Program-made: the position numbers and the translations under genes
In this document: in pieces, positions 58,131-64,000 of the stretch
How positions within the stretch are numbered: position 1 is the stretch's first letter
Layout: every line of letters begins with the position of its first letter
Source: Pelagibacteraceae bacterium AG-390-D18
GTDB lineage: Bacteria > Pseudomonadota > Alphaproteobacteria > Pelagibacterales > Pelagibacteraceae
Assembly: GCA_003279715.1 (NCBI GenBank)
Contig: QCGY01000004.1
Span: forward strand, 32,694-96,693
DNA: 64,000 nt
Direction: 5' to 3'
The notes under the pieces: model-generated
Databases searched by the model: none
The model's input: only the letters and a program-made list of their open reading frames with translations
What the model was told of the DNA's origin: nothing

Positions 58131-60458
58131 TTATGATTTTACTCTAGATTTAGTTGGATCATAAAAAGGAAAAGCAACAACTTTCGCTCCAATTCTTTTT
58201 TGATGACCATCTAATTTACCAATTTCAACTTCAGTTCCAATATCAGAATATTTAGCATCAATTCTACTAAGAGCAATATTTTTTCCAAGTTTTGGCGACA
58301 ACATCCCACTAGTAATCACACCTATTTGTGCACGACCAACATGAACACAATCACTATTAACAGCTGGCTCATGTCCAACAAGTTCTAGACCAACTAATTT
58401 TTTTTGTGGGTTAGCTTTTCTTTTTATTAATTCTTCTTTACCAATAAAATCATCTTCTTTAGTTTTAAGAGGAACAGTGAAACCAATACCAGCTTCAAAA
58501 GGATCTGTTTGATCATTAAATTCATAACCATAAAAAATTAAACCAGCTTCAATACGAACCATATCTAAAGCTTCCAAACCTAAAGGTGTAATATCAAATT
58601 CTTTTCCAGCCTCCCAAACTTTATCCCAAACTTCATTAGCATCTTTTGGATGGCACCAAATCTCGTAACCAAGTTCACCAGTATAACCTGTTCTTGAAAT
58701 AACAATTGGTGTTCCTGTTTCATGATCTATTCTCGCAATATTGAATCTAAACCACTCAAGTTCAGTTATTGATGGTTGGATAGGAGCTGTCCAAATAAAT
58801 TTTTCTAAGATTTTTCTACTATTAGGTCCTTGAACAGCAATATTGTGAATATGATCTGTTGCAGATTTTATCCATACTTTATAATTTTTCTTTTTAGCTT
58901 GTTCTTTTAACCATTCACCACTGTATTCATCTCCACCAATCCATCTAAAATTATCTTGTCCAAACTTAAATAGAGTGCCATCATCCAACATACATCCATT
59001 TTCATAACACATTGCAGTGTACACAACTTGACCTACTGATAATTTTTTTATATTTCTCGTTAAAGTGTACTGCATTAAATTTTCAGCATCAGGACCAAGT
59101 ATTTCAAATTTTCTTAGCGGAGAAAGATCAGTTGCAATCACACTTTCTCTACACGCGTTATATTCTTTTATTGTTCCTGAATTAGTAAAGTTATTAGCCA
59201 ACCAAAAACCTTTGTATTCAACAAAGTTTCTAGTCAATTCTGATGTTTTTTCATGGAAACCAGTTTCTTGAGTAAGTTTTGGCTCTGAATCTGTTTTCAT
59301 TCTAAATGCTATTGCTTTTGAATACTTGTTATTTTTTGCATAAGTTCTAACAAATATGTCTGTAGGGTTCCAGCCATTTGCAGCATCTACATCGCAAGGG
59401 CAAGCAGATGAAATACAAGTTAAATCTTTTAAAGCTCTAAATAGAACATAATCACCAGGTCTTGACCATGGTTCATCAAATGTAGCAACATTGTTTGCAT
59501 CAATTGCAGTATTAAAAAAAAGATTAATTGCTGACCAACTTTTTCTGGCATTGATGTCATATTTTTCTAATCCCTTATTAAAGTTATCAGTACAATTGAT
59601 ATGCCCCATATATCCTAAATCTTCATAGTACTTAGAAGTACATGCTAAATTAAAAGTATCATGTCTTCCAACGGTATCTCTTATAACCTCAACCATTGCT
59701 TCATGATCTCCATCATAAAATTTTGAAAATAATCCTGGGCCAGGATATGCACTGCCCATAAACGTTCTTGTTGCTTTATCGTCAATAATACTTTCAATAC
59801 CATCATTTAATTTATGAGTATCAAAAGCCAGGAAATCGGAGCATTGCCTTCCACCCGTGTCTATTATCTGAATATATTCCCCAGCTTTTACCTCGTAAGT
59901 TTCTGCAGTTCTTCTTTTAATAAGTTGTTCAACTATAGGATCATTTAAAGGTTCCGGTATAATAAATTGCTCATCAATTTCTGAAAATTTTGCTCTATTA
60001 ACAAAAACTGTTAAATCAGTGGGTGGGTTTTGCTCATGAACATTTAACGGGTCACCAGGTGCCGCTATTAAAACAAAACACTTATCTTTTGATTTGATTG
60101 TTATTTTTTCTCCCATTGGACAATCTTCGTCGAATAAAATTGATGATTTAGCTTTATTAAGATCTAGGTTTCTTTTCTTAAAAATTTTTGAAATCTTATC
60201 ATCTTTTGCAATTGTTTTTTTTGAAAAATCTGCATTTGCATTTTCTTTTAAACCTAAGATTGATAAATTAAGTTTACCGTTGGCATCAAAAACAATTATT
60301 TCACTAATTTGTTTTCCTTCATCATTTATAATTTCAATTTTATCTTCTGGGAATATTTCTATTACAGATAAACCTCCCCCTTTGACAAAATATCTTTCAA
60401 CCCCAGGTGGCAGAGCTCTTAATCCAGGATTTCTGATTTCGTTGCTGGTTCCTAACAT
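58131..60458 (-). CDS. tdm: Trimethylamine N-oxide demethylase (DUF1989 + GcvT domains)
   Basis: GRQCSDF, GRHDTF, LAC, GHINC, SACPCD metal-site motifs; DLSPLRK and SRTGYTGELGYE; divergent from tmoX. Confidence 0.9.
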   Translation of the reverse strand: MLGTSNEIRNPGLRALPPGVERYFVKGGGLSVIEIFPEDKIEIINDEGKQISEIIVFDANGKLNLSILGLKENANADFSKKTIAKDDKISKIFKKRNLDLNKAKSSILFDEDCPMGEKITIKSKDKCFVLIAAPGDPLNVHEQNPPTDLTVFVNRAKFSEIDEQFIIPEPLNDPIVEQLIKRRTAETYEVKAGEYIQIIDTGGRQCSDFLAFDTHKLNDGIESIIDDKATRTFMGSAYPGPGLFSKFYDGDHEAMVEVIRDTVGRHDTFNLACTSKYYEDLGYMGHINCTDNFNKGLEKYDINARKSWSAINLFFNTAIDANNVATFDEPWSRPGDYVLFRALKDLTCISSACPCDVDAANGWNPTDIFVRTYAKNNKYSKAIAFRMKTDSEPKLTQETGFHEKTSELTRNFVEYKGFWLANNFTNSGTIKEYNACRESVIATDLSPLRKFEILGPDAENLMQYTLTRNIKKLSVGQVVYTAMCYENGCMLDDGTLFKFGQDNFRWIGGDEYSGEWLKEQAKKKNYKVWIKSATDHIHNIAVQGPNSRKILEKFIWTAPIQPSITELEWFRFNIARIDHETGTPIVISRTGYTGELGYEIWCHPKDANEVWDKVWEAGKEFDITPLGLEALDMVRIEAGLIFYGYEFNDQTDPFEAGIGFTVPLKTKEDDFIGKEELIKRKANPQKKLVGLELVGHEPAVNSDCVHVGRAQIGVITSGMLSPKLGKNIALSRIDAKYSDIGTEVEIGKLDGHQKRIGAKVVAFPFYDPTKSRVKS

Positions 60459-60510
60459 TTACAGTGTTTTTTTAATCATTTTGTTAACAGCATAATATAA
60501 TCAAAACGAG

Positions 60511-60539
60511 TTGACTATAAGTTTAAATGATAACATACT
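60511..60539 (+). promoter_or_regulatory. Putative sigma70 promoter of tmoX
   Basis: TTGACT-N17-CATACT upstream of GAAGGGG RBS. Confidence 0.62.
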
Positions 60540-60572
60540 TTGAATATTAATATTAATAATGAAGGGGTAATA

Positions 60573-61526
60573 ATGAAAAAAATAACATCACTATTATGCG
60601 CTTTAGTTATTTCTGTAGTAAGTTTCTCAGGAATTTCAAATGCCGCAGACAGTAAAAAACCCATCGTAATCCCAACACATAACTGGTCAAGCCAAATTGT
60701 TATGGCTTATGTTATTGGGGGAATTTTTGAAAGCATGGGAAACAATGTAAGCTACGTGAATGCCGATTCACAAGCAGTATACGAATCAATTAGAATTGGT
60801 GACGTATCTATATCACATGAAGTATGGGAATCTGCTTTTGGTAAGTCATTTACTACAGCTTTAGACAAAGGTGGTTTACTTGATTGGGGTGATCATGAAG
60901 CAAGAACTCTTGAAGATATGGGTTATCCAAACTGGGTTACTGAAAAAGGATTATGCCCAGGATTACCAGATTGGACTGCTTTAAAAAATCCAGATTGTGC
61001 AAAAAACTTTACAACTCCTGATTCACCAAGTGGAAAAGGAAGAATGTTAGAAGGTCCTCAAACTTGGCATGGAGATTTAATTCCTCAAAGAGTTGACGCT
61101 TTGGGTTTAGGAGATCTCTGGTGGGTTAAATTTGCTGGAAGTGCAGATGCACTTTGGGCAGAATTATCAGCAGCTGAAAAAGAAGGTAGAGGAACAATTA
61201 TCTTTAACTGGACACCAAACTTTACAGATGGTGCTGGTTTTACATTTATTGACTTCCCTCCATACACTGCAGGTTGTAGACCAGAAGATGGAGGAGATGG
61301 TAAATGCGGTTCTCCTGATGGATACTTGAAAAAAGCAGTTAATGAGGATTTTCCAAAAACTCACCCAGCAGCAGCTGCAGCGTTCAAAAAAATGTCATTC
61401 TCTACAAGTCAAATTGGTGCAATGGCAGCTTTAGTTGATGTTGATAAAATGACTCATGAAGATGCAGCCAAAAAATGGTTAGCTGACAATAAGAAAGTTT
61501 GGGAAGAATTTACCCACGCTCATTAA
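60573..61526 (+). CDS. tmoX: TMAO ABC solute-binding protein (ProX/OpuAC family)
   Basis: Signal peptide, IPTHNWSSQ, HEVWESAF, FNWTPNF; adjacent to tdm; ATG 60573 has an RBS whereas TTG 60540 abuts the -10 box. Confidence 0.87.
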   Translation: MKKITSLLCALVISVVSFSGISNAADSKKPIVIPTHNWSSQIVMAYVIGGIFESMGNNVSYVNADSQAVYESIRIGDVSISHEVWESAFGKSFTTALDKGGLLDWGDHEARTLEDMGYPNWVTEKGLCPGLPDWTALKNPDCAKNFTTPDSPSGKGRMLEGPQTWHGDLIPQRVDALGLGDLWWVKFAGSADALWAELSAAEKEGRGTIIFNWTPNFTDGAGFTFIDFPPYTAGCRPEDGGDGKCGSPDGYLKKAVNEDFPKTHPAAAAAFKKMSFSTSQIGAMAALVDVDKMTHEDAAKKWLADNKKVWEEFTHAH

Positions 61527-61548
61527 GGTCAAGTCATAATAAATTAAT

Positions 61549-61585
61549 AAATCTCCCCCAATAAAACTGGGGGGGATTTTTTTTT
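61549..61585 (+). terminator. Intrinsic terminator after tmoX
   Basis: AAATCTCCCCCA-N7-TGGGGGGGATTT plus T run. Confidence 0.85.
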
Positions 61586-61601
61586 AAAGTTCTATTTCTA
61601 A

Positions 61602-62087
61602 ATGATTACAAAAAAAGTTAATTTTACATTAAAATATTCGTTATTTTTATTTATTAATTTATTTTTTATTAATCTATCATCAGCTCAGGATATAAATATT
61701 CAAGAAAATATTAATTTAAGTTTTAAATGCGATTTAGATAAGAAAATAATTAAAAATTCAGAATATAATTATCAATCTTTTTTAGCTAAAGACTTAAATG
61801 AAAAAGGTTTAGATAAATTTGAGATCGAAGCAGTTAAACCAGAAAAACTTTTTATAGATGGTTTGTCTTTATTTCTTTCAAAATCTGAAAAGTTAAATGT
61901 TAAGGTTGTTAATAAAGATGTTGTTTTATTTAAAGCTTTTGATGAAGAAAAAAATTATTCAGAATCTGCGATAGTAACTAGAAAGTCAGGTGAATTAATC
62001 CATGAAATTACCAAAAATGTTAAAAGCGAAAACTCAGAAAAATATATATTTTTTTACTCATGCATAAAAAAGGAGAAAAAAGTTTGA
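61602..62087 (+). CDS. Secreted hypothetical protein with one Cys near each end
   Basis: Signal-like N-terminus ending SSA; SFKC ... YSCIKK. Confidence 0.68.
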   Translation: MITKKVNFTLKYSLFLFINLFFINLSSAQDINIQENINLSFKCDLDKKIIKNSEYNYQSFLAKDLNEKGLDKFEIEAVKPEKLFIDGLSLFLSKSEKLNVKVVNKDVVLFKAFDEEKNYSESAIVTRKSGELIHEITKNVKSENSEKYIFFYSCIKKEKKV

Positions 62088-62121
62088 TTTTTTTTCAAAT
62101 GAATTTGTGTAAAATATTAAT

Positions 62122-62499
62122 ATGAAAAAATTTATTATTACTCTATTTTTAGGTTTGTTAATTTCATCTTCTGTTTTAGCAAGAAGTACTGGTTGTAAAG
62201 AGGGTAATTGTGATAACGGTTATGGTAAATGGGTTTATACAGATAAAACTACCTATGAAGGAGAGTGGGTAGGAACTAAAAAGCATGGTCAGGGTGTTGA
62301 AACTTGGCCAAATGGTTACATCTACACTGGTGAGTTTAAAAATAGTGTATGGACTGGGCAAGGAATTTTAGCCTTTCCCGATGGTTCCACTTATGATGGG
62401 GAGTGGGCTAATGGTTTCATGAATGGTCAAGGCACATTCACATGGGCTGATGGAAAACAAAAATCAGGTATTTGGAAAAACGGTAAATTGCAAGAATAA
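62122..62499 (+). CDS. Secreted MORN-repeat protein
   Basis: Signal peptide, CKEGNCDNG cap, repeats YEGEW..HGQG / YTGEF..TGQG / YDGEW..NGQG. Confidence 0.9.
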   Translation: MKKFIITLFLGLLISSSVLARSTGCKEGNCDNGYGKWVYTDKTTYEGEWVGTKKHGQGVETWPNGYIYTGEFKNSVWTGQGILAFPDGSTYDGEWANGFMNGQGTFTWADGKQKSGIWKNGKLQE

Positions 62500-63050
62500 T
62501 GTTTAGAGAGGATTATATTAACAAATTTAAAGATTTACCCCAGTCCTTAAGACAATTTATTGGTCTAATAATTATAACAATTATAGTGATTGTATCTTTT
62601 AGTATTTTAAATGGTATTTTTGGACAGGGTGATGAGTTGGTTAAAAAAATGAAGTTGGAAGAAGAGAGAATTGCTGAAGAAAAGAAACTAAGTGCACTGA
62701 TTTCAAAGTTACCCTCTGGAATATTGGTATCATTTGATGGAACAGACCATTACAAATTAACTGATGAAGTATATGAGCAAGTATGCAAAGCTACTAAATT
62801 AATTCCTCAAAGAGCAATAATGGGTGCTAATTTTTTAAATTATAGAGCACATGAGCTGTATACGATTAATGGAAACAAAATTGATGAAACTTTTGTTAAA
62901 TGGGATCAAGAAAAAGGTAAGTGTTTAGCAGGTTTTACAGTTAGTGGAAATAATGTTGGAGTAGATGAAAGTATTACCATAAGTGGTGAAGCTTTAAGTT
63001 TTTTAAGCACTGGAATTGATACTAGGATTTATTTTATTAAAAATTTTTAA
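62499..63050 (+). CDS. Membrane-anchored hypothetical protein
   Basis: One TM, short coiled coil, domain with two Cys; TAATG overlap with the MORN gene. Confidence 0.72.
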   Translation: MFREDYINKFKDLPQSLRQFIGLIIITIIVIVSFSILNGIFGQGDELVKKMKLEEERIAEEKKLSALISKLPSGILVSFDGTDHYKLTDEVYEQVCKATKLIPQRAIMGANFLNYRAHELYTINGNKIDETFVKWDQEKGKCLAGFTVSGNNVGVDESITISGEALSFLSTGIDTRIYFIKNF

Positions 63051-63115
63051 TTAAGAAAGGTAATAATTATTAACATTTTAATTCTATTGAATTTAATATA
63101 ACTTTAAAGCATCTT

Positions 63116-64000
63116 ATGTCTGAAACTGTTATCAAATGTGAATCTGTTTACAAAATTTTTGGAGAAAATGCCAAAAAAATGCTTGAGGAAGCAAACGGTA
63201 ATGTAGATGCAAAAACTTTTCAAGAAAAAGGATGTATAGTAGGAGTTAACAATGCTTCTTTTGAAGTTGCAAAAGGAGAAATGTTGGTGGTAATGGGTTT
63301 ATCTGGTTCAGGGAAATCAACATTGCTAAGATGTATTTCAAGATTAACAGACGCAACAGGTGGAAAAATTTTCATAGAAGGGCAAGATTTATTAGAATTA
63401 AATAATAAAGAGCTTATTGATCTTAGAAGAAACAAAATGGGAATGGTGTTTCAAAGTTTTGCTTTGTTGCCTCATAAAACAGTTGTTGAAAATATTGCTT
63501 TTCCACTACAGATCAAAGGTACAAATACAGAAGATAGTATTAGCAGAGCTATGGAAATGGTAAAATTAGTTGGACTTGATGGAAGAGAAAACTATTTTCC
63601 AAGAGAACTTTCTGGTGGACAACAACAAAGAGTAGGGATTGCTAGATCCTTAGCTGTAGAACCTGATATATGGTTTTTAGATGAACCATTTTCTGCATTG
63701 GATCCATTAATAAGAAAAGAAATGCAAGATGAGTTTTTAAGACTTCAAGAGAAATTACAAAAAACTATTATGTTTATTACCCATGATTTTGATGAAGCAT
63801 TAAAGTTAGCTGACCGAATAGCGATAATGAAGGATGGTATAATTGAACAATTAGATACACCTGCTAACATAGTTTTAAATCCAGCTACAGAGTATGTGAG
63901 GAAGTTTACTGAAGAAGTTCCAAGAGAGAAAGTTTTAGTAATTGAAGATGTAATGGACACTTCAAGCAAAGATAATTTGGGTGATTTAAAAGTTTCAAAA
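63116..64000 (+). CDS. tmoW: ProV/OpuAA-type ABC ATPase, probable TMAO transporter subunit (3' truncated; absent from the ORF track)
   Basis: Hand translation MSETVIKCESVYKIFG...MGLSGSGKS, VFQSFALLPH, LSGGQQQRVG, DEPFSALDPLIR. Confidence 0.85.
   Translation, partial: MSETVIKCESVYKIFGENAKKMLEEANGNVDAKTFQEKGCIVGVNNASFEVAKGEMLVVMGLSGSGKSTLLRCISRLTDATGGKIFIEGQDLLELNNKELIDLRRNKMGMVFQSFALLPHKTVVENIAFPLQIKGTNTEDSISRAMEMVKLVGLDGRENYFPRELSGGQQQRVGIARSLAVEPDIWFLDEPFSALDPLIRKEMQDEFLRLQEKLQKTIMFITHDFDEALKLADRIAIMKDGIIEQLDTPANIVLNPATEYVRKFTEEVPREKVLVIEDVMDTSSKDNLGDLKVSK

Noticed and set aside
60540-60572. TTG start of tmoX given by the ORF track
   Set aside because: Abuts the predicted -10 box; ATG 60573 has an RBS and begins a clean signal peptide
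11964-61585. Hairpins after SBP genes and in the mgs/amt region as a REP/MITE family
   Set aside because: Stems share no sequence; ordinary terminators or mRNA-stabilising hairpins explain them
3862-63969. Many short antisense or out-of-frame ORFs in the track (e.g. 4776..5027, 7359..7640, 28147..28458, 32143..32523, 53109..53447, 60094..60495, 63220..63435, 63745..63969)
   Set aside because: They lie within or largely overlap well-supported genes, lack RBS or motifs, and are typical shadow frames
1-64000. CRISPR array, tRNA/rRNA, integrase, transposase, prophage
   Set aside because: No spaced direct repeats, no cloverleaf-like GC-rich stretch and no mobility motifs seen; intergenic gaps are all short

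Overview
AT-rich, very gene-dense alphaproteobacterial chromosome segment. Its content and tight spacing strongly suggest SAR11/Pelagibacter (inference, no database search run). I found no tRNA, rRNA, CRISPR array, integrase or transposase. The window is a nutrient-scavenging region. In order it holds: an ugp-type glycerophosphodiester operon with tandem ugpE paralogues; eutA/doeA-like genes plus a PotABCD-type ABC transporter; a TRAP transporter; a 7-gene minus-strand run (pepE, alpha-hydroxy-acid oxidase, TPP enzyme, non-canonical transthyretin-like protein, dmdA-like, thiolase, ilvE); an orphan GcvT-family gene facing a family-5 ABC transporter; speB/ALDH/argE; housekeeping genes (acnA, bamB-like, zapE); dpaL; and a large methylated-amine cluster (gmaS, amt, mgsABC, a second glutamine-synthetase-like ligase, an FAD oxidoreductase, tdm, tmoX, tmoW). 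Two genes missing from the ORF track were read by hand: a 50-aa membrane ORF (49114..49266, minus) and the truncated ABC ATPase from 63116. The three best candidates for undescribed biology are: (i) a flavoprotein plus second gamma-glutamyl ligase plus small proteins that may fill the dimethylamine gap between Tdm and the N-methylglutamate pathway; (ii) the TPP enzyme / atypical HIUase / DmdA-paralogue operon; (iii) a possible EutA-DoeA-ArgE-DpaL route for a diaminopropionate-based cyclic solute. All substrate proposals are hypotheses.
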